Both the position numbers and the translations under genes were made by a program. Below are positions 57,801 to 62,876 of a stretch of 64,000 bases of DNA, piece by piece. Below the pieces are notes generated by a model that saw only the letters and a program-made list of their open reading frames with translations, ran no database searches and was not told the DNA's origin. Positions within the stretch are counted from its first letter, which is position 1, and each line of letters opens with the position of its first letter. Origin of the DNA: Acidobacteriota bacterium (GTDB lineage: Bacteria > Acidobacteriota > Thermoanaerobaculia > Multivoradales > JAGPDF01); the NCBI GenBank assembly GCA_045862895.1, contig BTUO01000007.1:67615-131614 (forward strand), in the 5' to 3' direction.

Positions 57801-60566
57801 CGTCGTCCCGTCGGTCACCGCGAAGGCGGCGGTGAAGGAGCCGCCACCGACCGTGCCCCGGTTGCGCATCCCGACCTGGAACCGGACATCGGCGCCGGGA
57901 TGGGCCGGGCCGTCGAGCAGCGTGAGGTCGGCTCCCGTCACCTCGAGATCGATCGCCGGCGAGGTGGTCACCGTCGCGCTCGCCTGGTTGTTGTCCTCGT
58001 CGGCTTCGACCACCACCGCGTCCGGATCGAGAACCAGCGTGAAGGCGAAGGAGCCGGGCTCGTCCAGCGTGTCGAAGAAGCTCACCGGCGCGGACGCGCG
58101 CGCCGGCAGAGCGATCGTCTGTTCGCCGAGCACCTCGCCGCCGGCGCCCTCGCCGCGATGGAGCCGGATCAACGCTTCGGGGACGTCGGTCGAGCCCAGG
58201 TTGCGGACCGTCGCGACGATCGCGACCTCGACCGGAAGCACCGCCGGGTGCGGCGGCAGGAAGGAGATCTCGTCCGCTCGCACCGAGAGGTCCGCCTCCA
58301 CCGGCGCGGGATCGATCTCGACCGGCAGCGTCGCGCGGTTGTTGCTCTCGCTCGCCTCCTCGATCGCTTCGTCCGCATCCAGGATCACGTGAACCACGTG
58401 CGTTCCCGGGTCGAGCCCGGTGGTATCCCATGCGATCGCCAGCGTCGTCGAAGCGAGGGTCGCGAGCTCGGAGAGCTCGACGTCGGGGCCGATCGGTTGC
58501 CCGCCGGAGTCCGGGTCCCCGTCGAAGAGCCGCAGCACCGACGCGGGCGCGGCGAGCGCGCCCGCGTTGCGGACCGGGATCGTCAGCTGCACGAGCTCGC
58601 CGACGACCGGCGCCGCGGGCTCGGCGGCGAGCGCCCCGGCGAACGCCAGGTCCGGGAAGCGGGCCTGACTCAGCGTGGCGGCGACTCGTGCGGTCGTGTA
58701 GACGCTGCCCTCCCAGCTTCCCTCGATCGTCTGCCGTCCGTCGAGATAGGCGACCGCGGCGGCCAGGTCGACCTCGCCGGCCTCGTCGAGAGCCCGGATC
58801 GTGTCGACGACCTGTGCCGTGTCGTGCGCCGTGCTCGGGCTGTCGCCGAAGCCGCCATCCGGGTTCTGACGTCCGGCGATCCAGGAGAGCGCGTCCGGAC
58901 CCGGCGCCGAAACGCGGTCGAGCGCGACCAGGGCGGCGAGCGCCGCGGTCGTCGGGGCGATGCGGCTCGCACCGTCCGCGGCCGCCCCCCAGCCGCCGTC
59001 CGGGTTCTGGGCGTCGACGAGCCAGTTGCCCGCGCGGACCAGGGCAGGATGAGAGCTCGCGAGGCCGCTCGAACGGAGCGCTTCGATCGCCATCGCCGTG
59101 TCGATCGGATCACTCCCGTAGCGCGCCCCCGCACCCCAGCCGCCATCGGAGTTCTGTCGCGCCAGCAGGGCGCTGGTCAGCGCGGAGTTCGACGTGTTCG
59201 GCTGGAGGCGCCCGAGTGCAGCGAGCGTCCGCGCTGCGTAGTCGCTGCTCGGCGGCACCTCGAGCTCGAGCCAGTCCGCGGCCTCTGCGCCCCGCACGAA
59301 CAGCGAGTCGAGCTCGGTCAGGACGCTCGCCGCGACCGCCGTATCGCGCGTGCTCGTCTCGGGCTTGTCTTGCCAGGAGCCGTCGGACCCCTGTCGCGAG
59401 CGCAGCCAGGCGAGCGCGTCCGGGAGGCTCGCGGATCCGCCTCGAGGATCTCCCGGGTCGACGGGCCCGGGTCCCCCTCCCCCCGAACCTCCCGGCGGCG
59501 CGAGCGTCACTTCGAGGCTCGCGCGACCGCCCGTCAGGATCGCAAAGCGGATCTCGAGCGCGCGCCGGAACCGCTCGAGCGCCAGCAGCTCCGCGTCGCT
59601 CGGCGTCGCGCCCGGGCGCACCAGGTAGAGCACCGCGGCGCGGAATCGATCCGGACTCTCCCCGGCGGCGGGAACGCGCGGTCCCTCGGCCGCGACGATG
59701 TCGTCGATCGTCACCGTCACCGCGCCACCCTGAATGGTCTCCCCTGGCTGGCCACGCCGCTGCGGTTCGATCGTGGGGTTGTCGATCAGCAGCAGGGGTG
59801 GGATCTCGTCGGGTCCTGCGAACCCGGCGAGGTAGAGGTCGAGCGGCCCCCAGACCTTGTCGACGGCGAGCGAGGTGAAGCTGCCGTTGCCATCGTCGCG
59901 CCAGTCGTTGCCGTAGAGCACCGACCCTTGCGAGTCGTACAGATAGCTCCAGTGGCTCTCCCCGGTCGTCAACGCGCCCGAAAGTGAGCCGTCCGGGAGG
60001 CGAAACCGGAGTCGTGTCCCCCAGGTGTGCAGGATCTCGTGGGTCGCCGCGACCAGCAGGAGCTCGAAGCCCGGATCCAGCGGATCGAGCGCGTAGCGTG
60101 ACAGGGCAGCCAGATCGACGTAGTTGCGCAACCGGCCGGCGCTGCCGAAATCGTCGCTGAGGTCGTAGGCCGGAAGGTTGATCCCCTGAACGTCGTTGCG
60201 AACCAACCAGGCCATCGCGGTCGCCCCGTCGGTGTCGAACTCGAAGTCGGTCGCGACCAGGAGGAAGTCGTAGTCGTCGCCGTGCTCCTCGTAGAAGGCC
60301 CGCGCGACGTCCATCCGGGCACCGAAGTTGGGCTCTCCGTCGCCGAACGAACGGTCGTAGTCGCCGAGCACCTCGAACACCGAAACGCCGCCGCGATCCT
60401 CGATCGGAACGACGAGCGCCTCCGGTGCCTGCGGCGCTCGCGAGGGAGAACGCTGCCCATCGGCGATCACGACGCAAGATGCCTCGGCGGCGACCGGATC
60501 CGCGCCGGCACCGAACGCGGCGACCAGCGCAGCGACGAGCGCGACCGAGACGCGCCGGAAGTTCAT
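42792..60566 (-). CDS. giant (5924 aa) secreted multidomain surface/adhesin-like protein
   Basis: MNFRRVSVALVAALVAAFGAGADPVAAEA is a signal peptide. An N-terminal HExxH motif (ATHEILHTWG, with an E about 27 aa later) follows. Next come prenyltransferase / alpha-macroglobulin-like toroid repeats (SDGSWQD, QNSDGGWG, QNPDGGWG, QNPDGGFG). The body carries multiple CARDB-like modules, FlgD-Ig-like FSPNGDG modules, PD40/TolB-like SPDGxxxA repeats, FN3-like modules (DVIGYxVDRDG), an F5/8-discoidin-like segment, and three Calx-beta-like modules. The C-terminal NDFNLFLWGDL...GRLAAGGDVDL domain is choice-of-anchor-A-like. The ORF is continuous. Confidence 0.85.
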   Translation of the reverse strand: MNFRRVSVALVAALVAAFGAGADPVAAEASCVVIADGQRSPSRAPQAPEALVVPIEDRGGVSVFEVLGDYDRSFGDGEPNFGARMDVARAFYEEHGDDYDFLLVATDFEFDTDGATAMAWLVRNDVQGINLPAYDLSDDFGSAGRLRNYVDLAALSRYALDPLDPGFELLLVAATHEILHTWGTRLRFRLPDGSLSGALTTGESHWSYLYDSQGSVLYGNDWRDDGNGSFTSLAVDKVWGPLDLYLAGFAGPDEIPPLLLIDNPTIEPQRRGQPGETIQGGAVTVTIDDIVAAEGPRVPAAGESPDRFRAAVLYLVRPGATPSDAELLALERFRRALEIRFAILTGGRASLEVTLAPPGGSGGGGPGPVDPGDPRGGSASLPDALAWLRSRQGSDGSWQDKPETSTRDTAVAASVLTELDSLFVRGAEAADWLELEVPPSSDYAARTLAALGRLQPNTSNSALTSALLARQNSDGGWGAGARYGSDPIDTAMAIEALRSSGLASSHPALVRAGNWLVDAQNPDGGWGAAADGASRIAPTTAALAALVALDRVSAPGPDALSWIAGRQNPDGGFGDSPSTAHDTAQVVDTIRALDEAGEVDLAAAVAYLDGRQTIEGSWEGSVYTTARVAATLSQARFPDLAFAGALAAEPAAPVVGELVQLTIPVRNAGALAAPASVLRLFDGDPDSGGQPIGPDVELSELATLASTTLAIAWDTTGLDPGTHVVHVILDADEAIEEASESNNRATLPVEIDPAPVEADLSVRADEISFLPPHPAVLPVEVAIVATVRNLGSTDVPEALIRLHRGEGAGGEVLGEQTIALPARASAPVSFFDTLDEPGSFAFTLVLDPDAVVVEADEDNNQASATVTTSPAIDLEVTGADLTLLDGPAHPGADVRFQVGMRNRGTVGGGSFTAAFAVTDGTTTRELPEVILQIEPGQSAERTVVWRVDLEGDLQFVATLDPDDLVPEGDETNNSASLAFPSTPLAVPNLAVASGDFAVSPLPGREGSPLELSIEVRNNGGATTGETRVAFYDGPPSSGIEIAAATLPPIVAGGSTEVAAVWTEVPDAGDRVIHAMVDPEGLVAEHTESDNSTFQIVEVHSLPDLAISAGSLSLDPAFPVPGEPVTLSVQVANLGEQDAAPVAVRAFLGDPGAGGVLLADSTLDPVSGQASGIATLGWTFDQPTGQAAIFVVVDADEVLIEGDEANNSAGIQVTVQDDDSYVSAPFFSPNGDGVLDSTTFAFRVGAPVELAVEIRDVRDRLVRRETNPAWSGGEGSFEWDGTDADGDVARDGEYRLTVVDAGSGERLGAARATLDTDRTSLFHALGTPYEWVENATCELPPIRDARPTSDARTAFVVVDGNPTYPSGIYRVATEESAITQVVTEAQLGQQLPACPRDLIETSLRVSPDGSRIAFATWRGSPCTSRRETWFSDAAGTQLARLPQSTSTAPFPIGFHGNSDRLLVEGEDGTLVTVPIADPSLAHSIFPDASSLWFAYEYEPYIFSPDRSRLVLFVDGASAGAEAWLVDLGEESSRLLVALESGTGNDWWNAAWSFDGTRIVVLDPEPGRLHVFGRDGEPIGNYLVETEPPEPSAVVNSRQLSRARTSPREVALAIEWSLPEDLRIGELVVVDLASGEARHVAWTEPSSGGGGGGSLAGMGEGDAPPLQVGHEPIWAPFDRALLWGSTDRFWYGESLVGVELDEDARRTSLFPGYEVFEVPTFSADGRALFFESWGPADPEVDPCTNPEDGLDYFAFRSLLNLGTELRARRSPNGPGFLLEGSAADRNFLRYRIEYAPATEPGSWTPVAPASTTEVFDAAFLTWVPPAPGAYDVRLSVEDRAGNRRTDRQHVFATDTPSVTDFWVSPTVFSPNGDGILETTTIHYRALEPLHVDTRIYDDRDVLVRTFARSHSQPEEESIEWDGRDESGVHVRDGVYRIELQDLEQFVEVDRTAPEVSLSWSNGGLVCLDPGRLPNDRHAAWSFGLLAGALDPPHDPPGVELEVGVGANPATWLDALLSPGEVPAPECAPNCPGISVSDYVNRRYRARATDAAGNERVELLELAEEELAIGAVKLQLQDPVSGLPTGWELVGCTAAPVEVLSEGFLRFEVGETARAVLAQVYVQYRAPGAPVWSETANAGIFEVGALDVAGAVPDRYFDVAWDPEPILGAGNVELRLRAIDSQGAEHLSGTVSVQVRRRISTRFRVADVAPLGDEPPEPGDLLEQALAAGAIEPGLGLFVIVRLESATPPESVAAYLESDDDPRYSEWRRFDPVFVLPAGDVREYLFVIEDWQLCSGYRAYGTARLGGGLELVTAVETTETSCFAASLQLEPERAEVCGEPAPGRIRARAGSRLHSGSPPPSLQLLTLARRLPDGSEDLLGSFNQPVPGELYDFEIAMAELPEGEHRFVARVTSVDGDTMESERLGVVDRTPPVLEITNPLEGQQLCSSEIEIRPGVFRRGFEIVGTVDEAWIEGSGGYSPRLSFDTDPEPRSWSNREGMDFLSTESPRPFRSVVDPGVAGEVTVRAAVWDRGGNLICGQRRFVADAAVGGVAGVSDDLISPDGDGVLDETVGTFVATQPVTLDVDVHPAVFDTTLGRWRVVGPRVRRLVDDIPVSDTRQFVWRGEDDALALVPDYDYGLVVTAVDGCGNEWSRVLHVRVDATPPVAQIVSPAPGDPLPMLVPIAGIATDLNFLEWRLEFGVGADPTTWIEVATDDLQKHPPSEPFGTWNTYGLSGEHTLRLRATDRGGLRNEHRVTYDLTGPERLFSDLTALPPLFSPNGDERRESTTARVIVELESRLTVEIRTETDTLVRRLALAQLAAPGASTFLWDGADTGANAAPDGRYRVRVLAELEANPAITQDEEILVELDRTPPAVTVERPADGYVTGEGQVVGSIADERLVSWSVALASDPVDPVWTDLASGSAAQSSAPLGSLEGLAEGDYALRVRAADAGEIQVEQIVPFVVDNTPPVVDLLAPANGDLLGAAGGAVAIRGAVAEEHLAEWRVELGAGTAPTTWIPLVSGADLPAGETLLDWLPTGVADGLYTLRLIAEDRAGQSAVDSVQLTIDNLGPQVAIDSPAAGAWVREPAPILGTAADAHLESYTLAVAPAGTEAFTPIGGGASSIVGGQLHLWAALPSDGDYRLRLAAIDLAGNAASTEVALSVDTHPPGPTTLTATLENGSDARLEWSPSPEPDVIGYVVDRDGARLTPAPVPAPTLLDAALAEGSHAYVVRAVDAAGWEGAPSNVATVVVDVTPPTVAISAPSDATTVSGVVVISGTAYSVDDFREYRLTVRAEPGGEPALLRRSPVPVVAAAIHEWSTAGLPEGASYRLRLEGEDLAGNVAVSEVVVTVDNVAPAPPTGLTATVVGGTGDVQAAWNANAEADLLGYLLYRDGVLVNAPGGVEGDLRRYALSETSYLDAGRPDGTFSYLVAAIDQAGNVSGPSAPAEVTIDRHPPRAEIVVPVDGARFEEPLFVRAESDDEDVASVVFEWRVAGSGTWAAFGSTDVQPPWETTFDPLAFEPDLEHGDFELRAVATDDNGATDPAAPAILVTYADLTPPSAPLDLVAAVDGGDVTLDWSASPESDVIGYHVDRAGADGTSERLTATPVATPGYLDEALADGPYEYAVIAVDDSDNESEPSAPAPARVATPRLTQPYTPTRQPVAALSGVSAYLGTAAGEIASGTGTAPIPPVGTDSDGGFVWSDLPLADGVNTLTVRVTDPAGNRTRDAAVDVTVGAPPTAPASVVASPGAGANEVVVTWDANPEPDVVGYRPWRDGSSVLAPATIADATASASTESFPPGSAEMAIDGDGATYWAPWVDESEVLAGQSLEVTWPETRFVARVEIDWLATSELQFAPTDFDLEAEFGGVWVPLATWRGNTDPQQHWLASDLYPTDRLRVVLWASPLDGAHTQPVRLAELRAVHQPILAATTLTETVPDGVHEYRVSALTTLGFESALSEPATIGVGDTTPPEPVVLAAEVTGSDVALSWTASPSPDVERYEVWRDGTNIGERTDLGNRTWLDAGLPNGTYLYVVVAVDGAGHSSPPSNAVEALVAVELPAPPTDLFVTPVAGGGALDLAWQPPSGPAPSGYRVHRAEVAGGPYSPVADAPAPAHRDGGLVDGSTYYYVVSALDAAGNESSASNEASGTPTDELPPPAPVLTFPAFAGAPRITLRSPIPVAGFAAEGAEIELRRNAVYAGEAVAASEFAVESLADVVWTAARLSPDGRWLWVEDDFGAAYVRRLDGPEVVDLPEGNGRVRWSADGGSAYVVDGAAVRRFDVADEALEVVAALDEARIAAPSPSGDRLAVVALRAGQSGVWVLDLDSGDWTLTVATATLDDLGEALEWSPAGTHLAWLRTTGATEIEVAEIETGLVVATLPASDGALSWSPDGAALLWTSSASGSDQVWRHDLASATSEAVTAEPGEHAMPRWAPHAASFACVRDGGEVLEVDLEDGAARTWPVELFAGIEQLEWVAGGTALVVSDLTPSRIEPPGRFEVPGVALAGGDNRLVAIARDLAGNASVPSAETLVHLRGEALPNLAVLGPELVVLPAVPLAGGMARVTVVVRNLGGAAAPASDLTAAVSGPQGFVAVLAEGLAVPPLPPGGSAVFGFDLSLPSVAGSYLAAAAVDAAGVVVEANEDDNAAERAFLVAADGTPLLELATDRTTYGEDDTVELTAALFNAGSTFDGWIEIAIEDANGFELAELEPEAVIGLEHGATLEVERTWSTEGVFAGLYQARARLFDLDGAEIAQTTAPFEIGEVFYLSVIAASERPWYTIGESAPVSGRIRYEAGNALLSGAIARLAVIDPDGVAVAQWQQPLGDLLPGAVASVVRTFATAGAEPGVHRVRVEVERGGSVLAVGEVPFELRTAPAALLGMLALSNPQPAIGEPLIAVYSVTNAGGADAFAVPIRTRLIDPATGIELARSESVIDLPAGATHAGSALFATDELGLAPYLAVLEAYWVDGGAPAWLVLDAEGFATADRTPPLATLIVPAHSGLVGAQARAQATAVDQHSTVVSVAVAVDGGDWQPLALEEATLGLWGAALAPMAEGSHSVRLRARDAWDNEALTAEHPFEVDLTPPVIVVDGVEEGGIYPEPVLPVITVEDLHPGWFVVTLDGASLPAGTPVDQEGAHTLRVLAEDAAGNRATSELHFTIEALLPEASVTAAEVVEGDATGGELSFVVTLSQAVTRPVSVTYQTVDGTATDGSDFVGAAGILTFDPGAINGAIPVSVIGDLLDEIDETLTLEIGSPQGATIGQATAVGTILDDDLPAVAVDDVTITEGDAGSQDAVVTLTLSTPGLEAVELDVATADGSATAGLDYTAVAESVSFAPGEVSATVAVPVLGDVLLEPDQTFTLELGTPSYGTLADATGLVTIVDDELCPGPELLVNPGAESPLIDGELAGWIEVVGGLWRPRWLEPVPVEGEASFFPGAVATAELVQEIDLAPYASAIDEGAQAFRFSGRVYSADEAIPDLARIVVEYRDEPGTVLDLFDSGALASPATWSVIEDERAAPAGTRRIRVRLLAERFTEPDLDAYFDALSLVSLRAAAISVGGVGVTEPAPGETAWAEFPVLLACPTDRTTAVEFVTRDGEAEAGADYEAASGTLEVPATATSAQVAVEVLGDKQLESPETFFLDLAAGSEEVVVGAEAVARIDDAGCATEPLGLANDFNLFLWGDLLQSHGDVGGRLAAGGDVDLEAVSVGESLPGRDGAALVAGDGLSFAGGRVIHGDAIYGDWAAVEGVAIPDGVLRSGAPIDFEAERAALVALSGSLATLAANGSTTLTPRGGLRLVGVDPTLNVFEIDAAQLAAATSLILRAPAGSTALVNVAGTQIIAASFPIALENVRSDHVLFNFAEAEDVVFEELVFRGSVLAPYAVLGFVEAVVEGTVVAESLKLDGQLDHAPFAGCLPPPDPVPNCIEEGACE

Positions 60567-61174
60567 CTCGGCTTCCCGTCAGGGGCTGGGCGGCGCACCG
60601 TGCGGGCGCCTTTCGGCGCGGGCGCTTCGGTCTGTACCGGAAGGGCTCCTCGCGCGGCCGTCAGACTCTCGTCGCGGGTGCGGAGGACGCGCAGCCTGGG
60701 CTCGCCGGCTCGCTCCGCGCGCAGCAACCAGACTTCGCGGATCTCCTCGAGACCTCGGGCACCTTGCGAGGGACGGAGCAGCACGCGGTCCGAGCGCAGA
60801 CCGACGACTTCGAGGGCCTCGATCTGGTCGCCCGGTCGCACCACTCGGAGGTCGCCGCCGGTGCGTCCGACGACGGCCGCTCCGGTCGCCGGATCGCAGG
60901 CGACCAGATACCAGGACTGGAGCGCCTCGAGTGGAGCGGATCCGGAAGAGAGGAGGTCGGGCGCGGTCGCCCCGGCCGGCGGTTCGCCCGGATCGCGAGA
61001 CGTGCGCTCCGATTCCTCAGTTGCCGGCGGCGCGGGAGCGGCGCCCGGAGCATCGGCGATCGCCGCCAGCGGCGACGCCGTGATCACCAGGCCGACGGCC
61101 ACCCGCGCCGCGCCGTAGCGCAGCGTCCCGGACGACCCTCGCCGCTTCGAGACTCTCCCCGTCCTTGCCACCAT
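60563..61174 (-). CDS. hypothetical secreted protein (204 aa), translationally coupled to the giant gene
   Basis: The ATG at 61174 gives MVARTGRVSKRRGSSGTLRYGAARVAVGLVITASPLAAIADA, a signal-like N-terminus. The C-terminal half (VVRPGDQIEALEVVGLRSDRVLLRPSQGARGLEEIREVWLLRA) is vaguely GspC/PilP/SAF-like. Its stop overlaps the giant-gene ATG (ATGA at 60563..60566). The upstream Arg-rich part of track ORF 60563..61588 was rejected. Confidence 0.5.
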   Translation of the reverse strand: MVARTGRVSKRRGSSGTLRYGAARVAVGLVITASPLAAIADAPGAAPAPPATEESERTSRDPGEPPAGATAPDLLSSGSAPLEALQSWYLVACDPATGAAVVGRTGGDLRVVRPGDQIEALEVVGLRSDRVLLRPSQGARGLEEIREVWLLRAERAGEPRLRVLRTRDESLTAARGALPVQTEAPAPKGARTVRRPAPDGKPR

Positions 61175-61398
61175 GCCCTCGTTCGTAGAGGACGGAAGCG
61201 CACACCGCGAACCTCGCAGTTCCGCCCGGCCACGACTCGAAGAAGACGAACTACAAGCTAAAGGACGGACGACTTTATCCCACCGGGGGCGGTCCGTCGA
61301 GGTGCCCCTCTCTGTCGGTGCCTTCGTCCACCGAACTGATGAAAACAAACGGCATTTCGAAGCGAACCCGATCCGCGCTCGATCCGGCCCAGCGCTCG

Positions 61399-61419
61399 GC
61401 TCTCGGCTCTCGGCTCTCG
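61399..61419. repeat. (GCTCTCG)x3 tandem heptamer repeat in the upstream region of the operon
   Basis: Read directly as gctcggctctcggctctcggctctcga. Confidence 0.6.
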
Positions 61420-61475
61420 ACCTCCCCTCGGAAGGAGTCCCGATCCCAACGGCGCCGCGCGCGGAGCCGGCTCTC

Positions 61476-62876
61476 CTACCCCGCCAGGGCAGCCAGTGCG
61501 GCTCTGTCGACCTTGCCGCGGTCGGTGCGGGGGAGGTCGGGGACGAGGATGACGCTCCTTGGCACCTTGTGCTCGGCGAGGTGGGCACGGCAGTAGGCGA
61601 CGACCTGGTCGTAGGCGAGGGCGCCGGTGGGGGCGGCGACGACGGCGCGTAGGACCGAGTGGGGGCCGTCGGGGCCGGCGACGCCGAGGACGCAGGCGTC
61701 CTCGACGCCGGGCATCGTCTTCAGCACGCGCTCGACTTCGTGGGGGTCGACGTTCCTGCCGCGCACGATCACCAGGTCGTCGGCGCGGCCGAGGAGGCGG
61801 ACTTCGCCGGTCGCGGCGTCGAGCTCGGCCAGGTCGCCGGTGCGAAAGCGGCCGTCCGCGAGCTCGGGGGCGGCGTCCGGGAGGTAGGTCGCAGCGACCG
61901 CGCGCGAGCGGACTTCGAGTCGTCCCGTCTCCGGGTCGATCGCGAGCGTCACGCCGTCGACCGCGGTGCCCACCGAACTGCGCTCGGCGGCGTCGCCTTC
62001 GCGGTCGTAGGCGATGCCGCCGCACTCCGAGGCACCGTAGAAGATGTGCACCGGCTGGCCGAAGCGCTCGCGGAAACGCGCCGCCACCTCGGGCGCGAGC
62101 GGCGCGCCGGCGGCGATCACGCGGCGGATCGACTCCGGCCACGGCGGGAGCGCCGAGAGCTTGACCAGCGCGGCGATCCACGCCGGCACCGTCGGAAAGA
62201 ACGTGGCGCCAAGCTCGCGGGCCACCGCCAGCGGCGCCAGCGGCGAGCGCTCGTCGGCGACCAGCAGCGTCGAGCCGCGCACCAGTGCCGGCAGCACCAG
62301 GCTCGAGAAGCCGTAAGAATGCGAGAAGGGGACCGCGGCGAGCAGGCGATCTTCGGCGACCAGGCCCATCGAGGTCGCGAGCTGCTCGTCGTCGGCGAGG
62401 ACCGCGTCGCCCGGTACCGCGATGCCGCGCGGCTCGCCGGTCGAGCCCGAGGTCAGCTTGATCGCGCCCCAGGCCGGATCGGCGTCGAGCCGCCGCTCCG
62501 GCACGCGGCGGTCGAGGTCCCAGTCGGCGGCGGCGTCCGGCCAGCCCATCGCCGAGGCGAGGAAGCCGACCACGCCGAGCCGGTCGAGGGTCGCCAACCG
62601 GTCGGGGGTCGGCCGCGCGCTGTCGCACAGCACCGGCACCGCGCCGATCCGGCGCACCGCGAGCAGGCCGGCGAGGAACGCGGGACCGGGCGCGGCGGCG
62701 AGCCCCAGGGCGTCCCCGGGTCCGAAGCTGTCCCCGAGGAGACGTACCGCGAGCTCGCGCGCGGCGCGGTCGACGTCGCCGACGCTCCACGCGCGCGACG
62801 GCGAGGCGACGAGCGGCGCACCGGCGCGGCGTTCGGCGAGCGCCGCGAAGGCGGCGAGGAGCGGGTCGGAGGTCAT
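61476..62876 (-). CDS. AMP-dependent synthetase/ligase (ANL adenylate-forming enzyme)
   Basis: KLTSGSTGEPRGIAV is the AMP-binding motif. YGASECGG, FRTGDLAELD and VIVRGRNV are also present. Length is 466 aa. A TATACT lies 18 nt upstream of the ATG. Confidence 0.85.
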   Translation of the reverse strand: MTSDPLLAAFAALAERRAGAPLVASPSRAWSVGDVDRAARELAVRLLGDSFGPGDALGLAAAPGPAFLAGLLAVRRIGAVPVLCDSARPTPDRLATLDRLGVVGFLASAMGWPDAAADWDLDRRVPERRLDADPAWGAIKLTSGSTGEPRGIAVPGDAVLADDEQLATSMGLVAEDRLLAAVPFSHSYGFSSLVLPALVRGSTLLVADERSPLAPLAVARELGATFFPTVPAWIAALVKLSALPPWPESIRRVIAAGAPLAPEVAARFRERFGQPVHIFYGASECGGIAYDREGDAAERSSVGTAVDGVTLAIDPETGRLEVRSRAVAATYLPDAAPELADGRFRTGDLAELDAATGEVRLLGRADDLVIVRGRNVDPHEVERVLKTMPGVEDACVLGVAGPDGPHSVLRAVVAAPTGALAYDQVVAYCRAHLAEHKVPRSVILVPDLPRTDRGKVDRAALAALAG

